NCBI GenBank assembly: GCA_951406725.2
Contig: OX597816.1
Span: forward strand, 115,506,001-115,570,000
Length of the DNA stretch: 64,000 nt
Reading direction: 5' to 3'
Source of the DNA: Octopus vulgaris
Lineage: Eukaryota
The notes beneath the pieces are model-generated. The model had not been told where the DNA came from, made no database searches, and was given only the letters and a program-made list of their open reading frames with translations. The position numbers were made by a program, and so were the translations under genes. Positions 14,121 to 27,610 of the stretch are shown here, piece after piece (the first letter of the stretch is position 1; each line of letters opens with the position of its first letter).

Positions 14121-14478
14121 AGATCTATCTAAACAGGAAACTTTCTACTAGGTACTGTACATATCTGCCACTTAAATTGAGGTAATGTCAAAGATATATA
14201 GAATTTGATGGTTTTTCACAGAAATCAATGTTCTAGGTGGTTGCTTGTTGCCAGTAAAAGACAACAATATACTTAATTGTGAATCAGTAGATATATGAAA
14301 AGAATTCTTGAACACAAAACAATTATTTAAGGTATTCAGTGCTTTTCAACAATAGTAAATCCATTGTATATGTCATCTTCCTCGACCAACTTGGAATCAC
14401 ATACAAATGCCAAATTTTATACATACATACATACATACATATATACACATATATGTGTGTGTGTGTGTGTGTATGATA

Positions 14479-14520
<42 letters not shown>

Positions 14521-14746
14521 ACACACAGACATGTATATACATACATGCATATCTTTATTTATATATTTGTTAATTGTTGGCTTGTTCCTCTGTTATTTTT
14601 ATTTTTATTTCTATTTTTTCAATTTGGATGTGTCTTTTTACAGCTGATTGTTATATATGTGTAGATATGTGCTTGTCTGTATACACATGCACTCACACAC
14701 ACATACACATAAACACACATGCACATACACACACAATACATAAACG

Positions 14747-14784
<38 letters not shown>

Positions 14785-14916
14785 GTGTGAGAGAGCAAAA
14801 GAGACATACAGAGGGTGAGCTAAAAAGATATCTAGAACATAACTTTCTATTTATTTTTCTCTGTTTTTCTCTCTCTCACTTTATGTATATATATATATAT
14901 GTATGTATGTATGTAC

Positions 14917-14960
<44 letters not shown>

Positions 14961-14962
14961 AT

Positions 14963-14997
<35 letters not shown>

Positions 14998-16164
14998 CCC
15001 TAGTTTACTTTTTAAGTATGTCCTCCGAAGAACAAATGAATATAAGCAAAGCAGACAACTTATGTGTATGCATTGCAATGGAACAACACGAAACAGGTGA
15101 TTATGGGAAATATAAATACATTTACTCTCATGTTCCTCTATTTTATGGAATACACCTAAAAATGGTTAAGAGATAAAGAAAGGAGAAAATATAAATAAAA
15201 TTATTCAGTAATTGCAATTGAATCCAAATGGAAAAAATATGCACTTTTTAAATGCAATTTATACTTACTTTTCAGTTTTCAGTAAAAAAAATAATACATT
15301 TTTTTCTAGAAGAAAATATGGTTAAAAAATTCTTCATGAAAAAATCATGCCTATCAAAAAACACTTAAATTATTTTTTTGTCATTATAATATATACTCTG
15401 TTTCAAACAATTTCACTCCATTTATATTTGTAATGCCATGAGGAAAGGTAAGATTGTCACTACTTCATATTGCCATTTTCTCTTCACGTCAAGAAAGGTA
15501 AAAAAATCACCAGAAGTAAGGAGTGGAACATGCATTTTCTTTTAAGTCAGACTGTCTCATGGTACCAGTAAACGAAATGGAAAAGGTGTGAACACCAGGT
15601 AAATAAGCAAAACAAAAGTGCTTAGCAGCCAAATCTCTCTGAAATAATACCCAAAGAAGGACGTATTTGGTAACATAATTCTAAATATCCTTCTCTTTCC
15701 TCCTAAATATTTGAGATTGTCACAATTGGAATTTCTTTGATCACTTCTTTTGATGATTGATAAGTCCAATAAGAATTAGCTTGGATTTAAACAATTACTA
15801 TTTCATTCCACTTTCATTTTTAATGTAATAGGGGAAATGAATGCTTGCCATTACATTGCATTTATATTTCATTTCTCTTATCATTTGTCATGTAATCAAC
15901 AAAGGAATGCTTGTCATTGTAGCACATCTACTATAGCCGGTTTTATTACACATAGATTGATAAGGATACAAAAGTTTTGTTATCATTCACTTATACTTCC
16001 CATCTCATGAAGAAATGACTGCTTGCCCTTACTTCACATTTCTATTTCATTTTCATTATTAATCAGAAAGAGATTGTCAACCAAGCTAAATATGTTATGA
16101 TATCAGATGTGTTCTGTCCATCCATACAGATTTAGCCAAACAGTTACCACAGTTTTTGTTGTTA

Positions 16165-16375
16165 TTGTTATTTAACCCTAGGTTATCCCTGGTCCAGGAG
16201 ACCTATGACTGAAAGAATTCCAGCTGTAACAATTTTTTCTTTTTAAGAAAGTGTATGTCGTATCATATTGTCTAATATTTCTTTCCATTTCTTAGGATTG
16301 TTAGGTGTGTAATTTGAGAGCAATTTGCCTGTTATTTTCAGCAGGGTGACTGACCATATAGAGGATCTCTTATTA
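16165..16375. mobile_element. Interspersed repeat of unassigned class (other pieces near 23110-23345 and 35550-35965)
   Basis: Shared motif ttgttgtt..taaccc.aggt..gccctg..gcagacctatga...ttccagc.atgacc in several places. Confidence 0.5.
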
Positions 16376-18119
16376 ATTCAAATAAGAAAACATTGTATCA
16401 AAGAATGGTGATTGATGCAAAGGAATCTTGAGCCAACGCAATAGAAATCAACAAATAATGAGCGCTTGATATGACATTTAAATACATATCTATTGTACCT
16501 GATATCTTAAATGTGGAATTTTTCCCAGTCTATGCGATATTTCATTTGTAAGCACCCATAAGCATCAGTCGCATTCAACCCCAAACCTTCATGCCATGTC
16601 AAATTATCTGTTCCTTATTTCAGTCAGTAAAATTGATAAAAAATATTTTTAGTACAACAGTTTTCTTGAAAAAAAGTTTTAATGATATTAACTTGTTAAT
16701 CTAACACTAAATGTGCTTATAACATCTCTGTGATCCAGTGGCATCTAGAAACAGCAGCCAAAGCTTCTTTAAATCAGAATGAAAGATAGAATGTTCATGG
16801 CTGGAATTCTTTTCATCATACATCCACCCTGCGGCTAAACAACAACAATTGGCACTGAATTTCAATGAATTGGAATGCTTTTGTCTCTAATATGGTATGT
16901 CTCTTACATTATCTAGGTGTGTTTAAATGTACTTGCATGTACATTGATACACATTTCTTATCACTGGAAGTTTATATATTTGACCTTTCTATTATTGAAG
17001 AATACATTACTGTACATAAATGTATATGCAAGCTTTTACTGAGGTACTGCTGTCAGAAATACATCTCAGATAAGGACTGAACTCAGAACCTTTAGATTTA
17101 TCGATAAGATTAAATTAAGGAACTGATACTACATAATGCACTTTGACTATTAGATATTCGTTAACTGAATACACACACATACGAGTGCATGTATATATAT
17201 GTATGTGTGTATGTAGCTGTTTGTCTGTTTATCTACCTATATCTATGTATATATTTATCTATATATATTTCTGTTGATTCACCAAGAAATGGTAAATTAC
17301 AAACCCAATACATAAATGTAGAGTATTCTTTTATAAGTTATAATATATAACTCATAGTTTTCAGTACTCTGAGTTTTACAATTCTGGCCATTTAGTTGGT
17401 AATCTGAATTTGTTTTTTTCTTAAATTATCTGTTGTTTTAATATATATTGAAGTATTATGCAAAAATTGTCAAGGAAATGTTTATTTCTATGTTTTTTTA
17501 AAAATTAACTAAGTCATTCATATATAAATGCTGCTTCAAGCTCACATTTTTCATTTTATATCTGGCTTTTATGAGAATATCCGCAACATCTTAAACAAGA
17601 GCCATTCTGCTAAAAGTTGTCCCTCATGAAATTGTGATGCTTCATGTAAGTAATTTAAGCAAATTTTGTAAACTCTTTGAAACCAAAGGTTTAACTAGGT
17701 CAAAATTCAAGGAGGCTGGTGGTGCATAGACAAATGATACTTAGCTCAGTGCATATAAGGTAGTAAGAATTCAGTTCATTGAAACACACACAAAAAAATA
17801 AATAAAATACATGCATAAATTTTGACAAAGCCACTGTACAGTTCTATCAGCACTGATAAATGAATGCTTGTGTTTATAAAATCAATTTTTGAAAGTCAAT
17901 TGTGTTATCTCACTATATATTTTAATTTCATCTCTGTTACTTGTTTCTTCTTTAGCATCATATATCATCAGCTTTCCTGAATATTTGCCAGTTAGTGAGC
18001 AGTTCTCATGAATTCTGAAGTTATGTGATTGCTATTGGCCAGCTTTTTGCTTATCTTTTCTATTCAGCTTTGCAACATTATCAGCTGTGATACAAAAACA
18101 CATATACATATATATTACT

Positions 18120-18285
18120 TATACCACGGGCCCCTTTTAGTTTCTACCTGCCAAATCCACTCACAAGATTTTGGTCAGCCCAAGCCTATAGTAGAAGACA
18201 CTTGCCCAAGGTGCCACACAGTGGGACTGAACCTAAAACCAAGTGATTAGGAAACAAGCTTCTTACCACACAGCCACACCTGCAC
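18120..18285 (-). mobile_element. SINE family A, 5' half
   Basis: tttctacctgccaaatccactcacaag...cttaccacacagccacacctgcac. Confidence 0.8.
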
Positions 18286-18309
18286 TTAATTCATATATAC
18301 ACATAAAGG

Positions 18310-18645
18310 TTTCCAAATTTTGGCACAAGACCAGCAATTTTAGTGGGAGTGGGCTCATCAGTTACATTAATTCCAGTACTGGACTAGTGCTTTATTAGTT
18401 CCAATCCCAGAAGAATGAAAAGGCAAATTCAACCTGAAAAAGATTTCAAGTCAGACCATAGACAGCCAGAAGAAATGCCAAAGACCATATACAGTCAGAA
18501 GAAATGCCAACGACCATATACAGTCAGAAGAAATGCCATAAACCATAGACAGCCGTAGACCATAGGCCATAGATCATAGACAGCCAAAAGAAATGGTAAT
18601 AAACATTTTGTCTGATGTGCTAACAATTAGGCCAGCTCACCACCT
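18310..18645 (-). mobile_element. SINE family B copy containing an internal 29-bp minisatellite
   Basis: gaccata(g/t)acag(c/t)cagaagaaatgcc repeated at 18454, 18483 and 18512 inside a SINE-B body. Confidence 0.7.
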
Positions 18646-18714
18646 TATGTATCTACTTAAAAAGTACCTATTCACACTTGCATTTATCTATATTCTTTTA
18701 TTGTTTTACTTCCC

Positions 18715-18970
18715 TTCTACATGTTTCAGTCATTTGACTGTGGCCATGCTGGAGCACTGCCCTTTAGTCAAGCAAATCGTCCCCAGGACTTATTCTTCGT
18801 ATCCTTAGTACTTATTCCGTCGGTCTCTTTTGCTGAACCGCTAAGTTATGGGGACCAGCATTGGTTGTCAAGAAATGTTGCGGGGACAAAGACACACACA
18901 TATACACATACATACATACATATACATACACACACACACACACACACATATACAACGAGCTTCTTTCAGC
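18715..18970 (-). mobile_element. SINE family A, 3' half
   Basis: atgtttcagtcatttgactgtggccatgctggagcac...gctgaaccgctaagttatgggg. Confidence 0.85.
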
Positions 18971-19061
18971 CACTTATGTGATAGTTCAATGAACTAGCTG
19001 ACAGAGCAACTGCATATTTTTCATTGAAATCCACAGAAATCCATTTATATGATAGGTATGT

Positions 19062-19094
<33 letters not shown>

Positions 19095-19364
19095 TAGACA
19101 TATATATATATATATACACACACACATAGATATATATACATATTCATATACATATAGGTAGGTAGCTATATCCAAATCTATAGATATATGAGTGGATGCA
19201 TTCATAAATCTTTTGGTGTGTCTCAGTGACACAACTATTGAACACTTTGTGAATGTATCATTGATTTGTATTACTGTATTCGAAAACACCATGATTTCTC
19301 AAAAGCATTTTATCTATTTAGCTAATATGCATTTGTGTGGATATGTATATATAAATACATATAT

Positions 19365-19417
<53 letters not shown>

Positions 19418-20218
19418 TATATACAAACATACATACACACATGTGTGTGTATGTATATATATATCTATATCTATATATATATATATATGTATATAGATAT
19501 GGGTATATAATAGATGACATATTTATGTCATCCATTGTCTCATTTCCATTTTACAGTTACTTTCCTTTGTTTCTTTCATGTTTCTTTCTTTTTTATTTCT
19601 TTATTACTTTCCTTCTTTATTTTTCTATATCGTATTCTCCTTTTTTAACCAAACAGGTTTTTCACCAAGAACTGTTTATGGTGCTCTTTTATAGAAAAGT
19701 TAAGAGCTTCCGTAAAGTTATTAAGTGGATTAACAGCTTTACTCTTCAAGCCATCTATCCAAAAACCCTCCAATGACTTACACATGCATGCACACACACA
19801 TACACACACACAAACAAACACACTCACACACATACATTTAAACATACACCATGAATATATATGAACAGTCACAGACACACAAACACACACATACATGAAC
19901 TCAAACACACATAGACACACCAGAGGAAAGTTTTAGAATTCAATAGATATCTCCCAATATGAAATTTGCCATTCAAATTTTCTAATCTTCATTTCTTCAT
20001 TTATTTGTTTATGTATGTATGTATGTATTTATTTGTTTATTTACTTCTCTACATTCTGGGGTTTTCGTTTTATCTGTGTATATTTCCATCTGTGCATATC
20101 TATATGCGTGTGGGTGTGCATGTGTAAAGTTGTATGTTCATACCGAAATATATAACAAAGATATGTATGATACATCAAATAGACTGTTACATATCTATAT
20201 ACATACATAAATGCATAC

Positions 20219-20301
<83 letters not shown>

Positions 20302-20393
20302 TATATGTATACATATATATATGTTTGTATATGTATGTACATATATATATATACATGTATATATATATGTATACATATGGATATGTATATATG

Positions 20394-20426
<33 letters not shown>

Positions 20427-20496
20427 CACATAAATGCATATATATATATTTATATTTATATATAAGCATATATATACAAAGATATAAATATATATA

Positions 20497-20563
<67 letters not shown>

Positions 20564-20584
20564 TAGAATATATATATGTATACA

Positions 20585-20825
20585 TCATCATTACCATCAT
20601 TTAACGTCTGCTTTCCATGCCAGCATGGGTTGGACAGTTTGACTGAAAACTGGTAAGCAAGGAGGCTGCACCAGCCTCCAGTCTGATTTGACAAGGTTTC
20701 TACACCTAGGTGCCCTTCCTAGTGCCAACTACTCCCAGAGTGCAGCAGGTGCTTTTACATGCCACTGGCAAGGGAGCCAGTCAGGTGACACTGGCATTGG
20801 CCATGCTCAAATAGTGTTTTTTACG
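20585..20825 (-). mobile_element. RTE-type LINE 3' UTR fragment
   Basis: catcatttaacgtctgctttccatgccagcatgggttggacag...gcccttcctagtgccaac. Confidence 0.7.
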
Positions 20826-20898
20826 TATATTAGTATATATATATATATGTATAGGAATATATATATGGGTGTGTGTGTGCATGTGTGTGTATGTATAC

Positions 20899-20984
<86 letters not shown>

Positions 20985-21072
20985 AAACAAGTCAAAAATA
21001 GAAAATGCTAAGATAATTTTATAGTGAATCTTTCTCATATATATATCAACTCGTGTGTTCCTTTCCACCCTT

Positions 21073-21114
<42 letters not shown>

Positions 21115-21116
<2 letters not shown>

Positions 21117-21349
21117 GTTCAAACTGGGGAACAAGTTACTCACTGCTTTTTGTCACGGAGAATATTTCTCACTTGTTGACAGATGATGTGTATACTGATG
21201 AAGAGGCCGCTACTCCAAAATGTTAACATCTCACAGTCTGGGTATGTAGCACTGCCAGTTGATCTTGGTGTATACACACCATTTGTCAACAAACAAGATA
21301 TATTCTCCGTAATAAGATGCAGAGAGTAGATTGTTCCCCAGTTCGAATG
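21115..21349. mobile_element. Short foldback element (~80-bp inverted arms) with a hammerhead-like motif in the spacer
   Basis: Arms 21115-21195 and 21269-21349 are reverse complements (gggaacaa..ggagaatat..ttgttgaca / tgtcaacaa..atattctcc..ttgttcccc); spacer ctgatgaagag..ctccaaaatgttaacatc. Confidence 0.7.
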
Positions 21350-21411
21350 TGAATCAAGCATATTCGAACTGATAACATTGCAATCTATACATACATACAT
21401 ATATATATATA

Positions 21412-21495
<84 letters not shown>

Positions 21496-21509
21496 TATAT
21501 CATAATTGT

Positions 21510-21720
21510 TTAATATCTGCAATCCATGCTGGCATGGGTTGGACAGTTTGACTGAGGACTGGCAAGCCACATGGCTGCACCAGATTGCAGTCTGATTTGG
21601 CAAGGTTTCTACAGTTGGATGCTATTCCTAACGCCATCCACTCCAAGAGTGTAGTGGCTGCTTTTATGGTGTCACTGACATAGGAGCCAGTCAGGCAGCA
21701 CTGGCATCGGCCATGCTTGA
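21510..21720 (-). mobile_element. RTE-type LINE 3' UTR fragment
   Basis: ccatgctggcatgggttggacagtttgactgagg...ctggcatcggccatgc. Confidence 0.7.
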
Positions 21721-21889
21721 AGTATATATATATATAATGGATAATAAAACGAATTGTTTACACTGGGTAGCTTACTGGTAAAGCACGGTCACTTTCAGAT
21801 GCTAGATGTGTCGAAACAATTGTCGTGATTAATAATAAATAAATTCTTGTATACTCCATCTTCTGTTCTTCATTTGCTATGTATATATG

Positions 21890-21937
<48 letters not shown>

Positions 21938-21969
21938 CACATACACACATACATATACCCATGCAGATA

Positions 21970-22015
<46 letters not shown>

Positions 22016-22338
22016 ATTACATATCTATGCTCAAAATATGCATACAGAGACACTGACACACAGATATATGGAATATGCGACAAATAAGTAAACAAATATA
22101 GTCATACATATAAATATGTTCCCCTAATTGCCTATATTTCTGTATGGGTTCCTACTCTTAGCACTTATACATTTATGTATATGCTTGTATATCTATTGAT
22201 CTAATCACACATTTCTATGCATATAATGATTTTTTTACTTTGCATTTTTTTATGTAGACAGTTCTCAGATATACATGTTTTTTACATAGCATTTTATATG
22301 TACAAGTATTTATAGGTGTATGTGTGTGTATGTGTACG

Positions 22339-22374
<36 letters not shown>

Positions 22375-22511
22375 CATATATATACATATATGATACATAT
22401 ATGTCCGTGTGTATGGTGTGATATATATATATCTTCATATATATATATATGTCTGCATGTGTATATATGAATATATACAAACACACACACACACATATAT
22501 ATACATATATG

Positions 22512-22545
<34 letters not shown>

Positions 22546-23349
22546 CGTATATTTATCTATATGTATATATATATATGTAAATATATATTTATATATATCG
22601 ATCTCTCTATCAATCTAACTATGTATAGATGTGTGTTTGTTTGTAATTGTATATATGTATGTGTATATATGTATATATATGCTCTCACAGTGACACAAAC
22701 ATGTACATTTACAGACACATATACATACACACACAGATATACAGAACGCATATGCACACAGACATATGATACATATACGCACAGTTATTTTGTTTTTGTT
22801 CCCATTCTCATCTCTGCATAAGAAGACAAATTAAAGAGACGTTGCAAGAAAACTAGTTGAACAATTAATATAGTGATGCCACTTTCTATACTATATTACA
22901 CTGATGCACATGCAGAAATGAATGCACAGTTGCACATGAATGAATTTATTTCTGACATTCAGAAACATTGTCACTCTGATCTCTAGAATTTCTAGAATAT
23001 TCTGTTGATTCTTGATTCTTTTTGACTTGGCATAGTTTAGATATTTGTAATGTGTAATGAGTATAATTGATTAAATTGATCTTAAAGTTGTTGTTGTATT
23101 AGTTGTTATTGTTATTTAGCCCAAGGTGAGCCGTAATTGAACAGATATCTTTCCAATAGCGTTCCAACCATGACCATACTGTTTTTTTTTATAAATGAAA
23201 TTTTTTTGAAAATTTATGCATCGAGAACACTATTAGAAAATAAATTTTTTCTTTATCGGTATTGATATCGTTGGTAAGGCAGCAAGCTGGCAGAATCGTT
23301 AGCATGCCATGTTATTTGAGGGAGATTTATCTAGTATTTTGCAGAAGTT

Positions 23350-23510
23350 GAGTTGAATGTTTAGCCAGCTGACATCCCCACCAATATTACTTTAAAAGAC
23401 CATAAGTCAAATTTTCTTAACTAACCCTAAATGCAGACTTAATCCAGCTAAAAGTGAATTAGGTAGATTTAGTTAAGTTGTCTTTGATACCATTAATATT
23501 GACTTGTTAA
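23350..23510 (+). mobile_element. Penelope-like element reverse-transcriptase relic
   Basis: Frameshifted translation ITLKDHKSNF..NPKCRLNPAKSELGRFS matches the PLE motif ITLKDHKxNFxxNPxCRLINPAKSELG. Confidence 0.7.
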
Positions 23511-24019
23511 GGTTATCCCTACAGATATTCTATAGAAATTCTAACCAACACCAACTTTTGTTACGTTGTTTCATATCCAAGATATCAGATGTAAACAAAC
23601 AATGGGATCAAAGATGAAAATAGGGTAAACGACGTATATGCCACATTTCGGGAATTTTTGCTTCTCCATCAGTACCCATCTAACCTCTCAATCATCCAGA
23701 AACACATTACTTAAATAACAAGAAGAAAAAGTCAGAGTTGGCTATCATTAAGTGATGTAAAACACACTACTAACACAGTAGGACATGCTATTGACTTATA
23801 AAAGCATTAAATATACTTTTTAGTATATTATGATTGCATAACAAAATTTTGAGTCCTTAATTATAATTGTAATTGATACTATTATAAATCTCTCTATATA
23901 AATTCATCTTTATAAGGCTATATTATATGCTGGCCACTGATAAAATTTTTTAACAGTTTTATCCATTTTATTATTATTATAAATATTATAATTATAATTA
24001 TAATTATTATCATTATATC

Positions 24020-24450
24020 ATCATCATCATCATCATCATCATTTAATGTCCGTTTTCCATGCTGGCATAGGTTGGATGATTCAACTTGGGTCTGGGAAGC
24101 CAGGAGGCTGCACCAGGGCTCAATCTGATCTCGCAGTGTTTCTACAGCTCGATACCCTTCCTAATGCCAACCACTCTGAGAGTGTAGTGGGAGCTTTTTA
24201 CGTGCCACCGGCACAAGGGGCCAGAGGAGCTGGCATCGACCATGATTGGATGATTCTTTTCATGTGCCACCGGCACAGAAGCCAAGTCAAGGCGGCACTG
24301 GCATTGGCCACGTTTGGATGGTGCTTTTTATGTGCTACCGGCATGGGGCTCACAACTACAATTTCCATTTGATTTGATTTTGATTATGCTGATGTACTTA
24401 ACTTGGCATTGGCAACATTCAGATGGTGTTTTTTACATGCTACTGGCATG
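24020..24450 (-). mobile_element. RTE-type LINE 3' UTR with (GAT)n tail and internal repeats
   Basis: (cat)n then ttaatgtccgttttccatgctggcataggttgg; repeated gcttttta(c/t)gtgccaccggca units. Confidence 0.75.
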
Positions 24451-25568
24451 TTTATTTATATATTTTTATATATATATTGCATCATACTTGCTATCATAGA
24501 CAGCTTCTAAAAGAAAATTATGTTGTTGATAAAATATATAAATACAAATCTAGAATGGTAGAATGGGGAAATTGTGAAAGAATTAAATTAGAAACCATAT
24601 GGTATTTGTTCCCACTCCTTAGTTTCTGAATTTTTGGGTAGTTTACACTTCTCCTGCCACCAAGCTTAAAAACACCATTTGTTCTTTGGGTAGCTTTTCT
24701 GGAGTTCAATCTGGTGTAAGTATTCAGGATGGATCTCTACTTTTGAGGATAACTTCCGCCAAATGGTCAGGGAGGCTGAGGAAAAGTAAAGGCAATCAGC
24801 ATTGCCATTTCTTCTCCTACCAGTTGAAAAAATAAAAACAAAAGTTGGTAGGAGTTCAACATGAACATCAACAACATTCATTTTACCAATGTAAAAGGAT
24901 CTACAAAGGTCATATGTACTATCTCTGTTCTGGAATAACTTTTATAAAAAGTGTAAAGGATAATTATAGTAAAAAATGTCAATACTTTATATGCATATAT
25001 ATCTATAGATGCAGAAGCACTTACACATGAACACACAGACACACATACATGAACAAAAACACAGACACATCACTTATATTAATATAGTTTACATAATGTA
25101 ACGTACATATTATGTAATATCTGCTTTGGACTGCATGAACATGTATACACATACACAGACACAAACATGGAAATACACATAACACATGTGTATATGCATC
25201 ACCTATATATGTGTGTCTGCATATGTGCATATATATATGTGTGTGTGTATGTATGCATGTATGTATGCATGTATGTATGTATATATATAATGTGTGTTTG
25301 TACGTGTGTGCTTGTGTATGTGTATGTAATATAATATACCTTTAATGAAATAGACACACTGTAATTATGGAATTATATCTGACTGAGAAATATACTGCCT
25401 CCAGAAATATCCATCAAACTCTTTCACTAACTTTAAATATTTCTTTGCATCAATATATTTACATAGTATGTTCTTTTTTAATTACCACTCAGAAATACAG
25501 GAGTACAAATATCATTCAATCATGCTTATGCATATACAATCACACATACATACATACACACTCACATG

Positions 25569-25613
<45 letters not shown>

Positions 25614-26342
25614 GCATGCACTTACATACACACATATATACATATGCATATATATACATATATGTGTATACATTTATGTGTGTATATATATATATATATA
25701 GTTATTTATTTATATATATATATAAATACGTACATGTATAGGAGACACAGACATTAACTACATGATATCAGAGAGCAAAAAATATTCATTCTGCAAAAAA
25801 TGAAACAACTATTATCTATTAAGAATTAAGAAAAGATGAAAATATGAAGCAACAAACAAAACAGAAAATCATCCAAATAAAATTTGCTATCTTTTGATTG
25901 GGGATTAGCAAGGTACTTCATTTAGGGTTAATTATACAAAATATGACTTAACCTTTTATTATCAACGTCACTTCTTTCCTTCTATGAAATATAAATTAGA
26001 TAGCTATTATTGTTTTTTTTTAATTAATCCATCATCACCGTCGTCGTCATCATCATCATTATCATCATCGTCGTCATCATCATTCTACTACTATCACTGC
26101 TACTACTACTACTACTACTAAAACACACGCACACACATACACACACACAATCTAAATAAGAAGGCAATGAAAAACTTTAACACATCTATAATGATCAGTT
26201 ACAATTGTTTCTGTACCAATTCTGCCTTCAATGCCAGTTCACTCAAGTGTTCCAAGTGAAAATTTACATAATTGTGGTTTTAGAGATTACAGTGGCACTT
26301 CATCAGACCTGCATCAAAGGTGCACTTCCAGAATCTTATATA

Positions 26343-27369
26343 TCTATATACTACTAAAACTCTCTGATTGCTTGTTTGCTTTCTTATCTGACATTTAATA
26401 CAGCCAAACTGGCACAGAACGGGAAAATCCTATGAATTGAAGAACCCCTGAAATGTGAATATAAATGGAATAAATCAAGTTTTGCATAAATCGGACTACA
26501 GATTCCTGAGATATGGGTGGTGGTGTGTATTTATAGATACCCAAAACGGTGCATAATGGGGGAAATACTCTGAAAATAATATAACCCTGAAAGGTAAGAA
26601 ACTCTAACCTTTCGATTAGAGATATGATCAATGTCTTCTGTATTTTGAAGACAAACTTTACGACCTGGGCATAAGTTTTAGTGACTTTAACTTACCAACG
26701 AAAAAAATACGAGTTGTTTTTACAACAAATGTTTCTATTTTTCACTTTTGTTAAACACAATATTTTAATCATTTAGAAATAGTGAATGTGATTTCAAAAA
26801 TACAAGTTGTTTGCACAGTACGTACAAATTTATATCTTAGCTTTCATTAAACAGACAATATACTAATTTTTAAAAAAATTATTTTCAAGTGAATACCATT
26901 ACAAAATATTTTTTTTGACATATTTGAAAAATATTTTCAAGTGAGAAATGACTTTAAAAAATACAAACTGGGTATATATTTCATAAAGAATCTGTTCGTA
27001 CCACAGTGTGAAATAATTTTTCTCCACCGGTTTTTTCGAGTGCATTCAACGTATCTGACCTCCAAACCCGCCACAAGCCACTTTCTTCCTGAAAAGAAAA
27101 GGGTAGAGGGGTGGTGGGGATCTCGGAACTTCTTGGGAAACTCTGAGTTTCCCACTAACGGAGTTTTGTTTCGTGGGTTTCTTTCTTTTCCAAGTTATTT
27201 CGAATGCTTTCAACGAATGTGACATCGAAATCACACGTAAACGGCTCCTTTCCCCAGAAAAGGAAGAATTTGACTGCTATTTCTCGCACACCGTGCTTCC
27301 ACGAAACAGCTATTTCGGGTTCTTTATCGCAAAAAGCTGTTACATAATAGCAAGGCATGCTAGAACTAG
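26343..27369 (+). mobile_element. Possible non-autonomous Helitron/Helentron-type element
   Basis: Starts A|TCTATATACTACTAAAAC, ends CTAG, contains imperfect ~95-bp internal repeats (26700-26980) and is CpG-rich; no clear 3' hairpin and the 3' flank is C rather than T. Confidence 0.35.
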
Positions 27370-27610
27370 CAGGCAAATCTTACCTTTTCTGGGGTTGATT
27401 TCTTCAACTAAAGACGGTGCTCCAGCATGGCCGCGATCAAATGACTGAAAGAAGTAAAAGAAAAAATATATATATTGTGAATATATACAGGTGTTGTAAG
27501 AAGCTTGCTTCTCAACCACATAGTTCCGAGTTCAGTCCCACTGCATCGCACCTTGGGCGTGTGTCTTCTACTATAGCCTCAAGATGACCAAAACCTTGTG
27601 AGTGGATTTA

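Noticed and set aside
15017-15096. Possible AG...GT exon, or HUH-Rep-like peptide CIAMEQHETG
   Set aside because: Weak splice signals, no recognisable domain and no HxH motif.
15547-15598. Possible short exon (ttttaag...cag/gtaaat)
   Set aside because: Such signals occur by chance in AT-rich DNA, and there is no homology support.
18454-18596. Regularly spaced 29-bp repeats (and ~20-bp repeats at 52755-52826) as a CRISPR array
   Set aside because: Head-to-tail with no unique spacers, no cas genes, and a eukaryotic repeat context.
24666-24881. Non-repetitive minus-strand ORF with an acceptor-like ttttcctcag
   Set aside because: Short, no recognisable protein motif; cannot be supported without RNA data.
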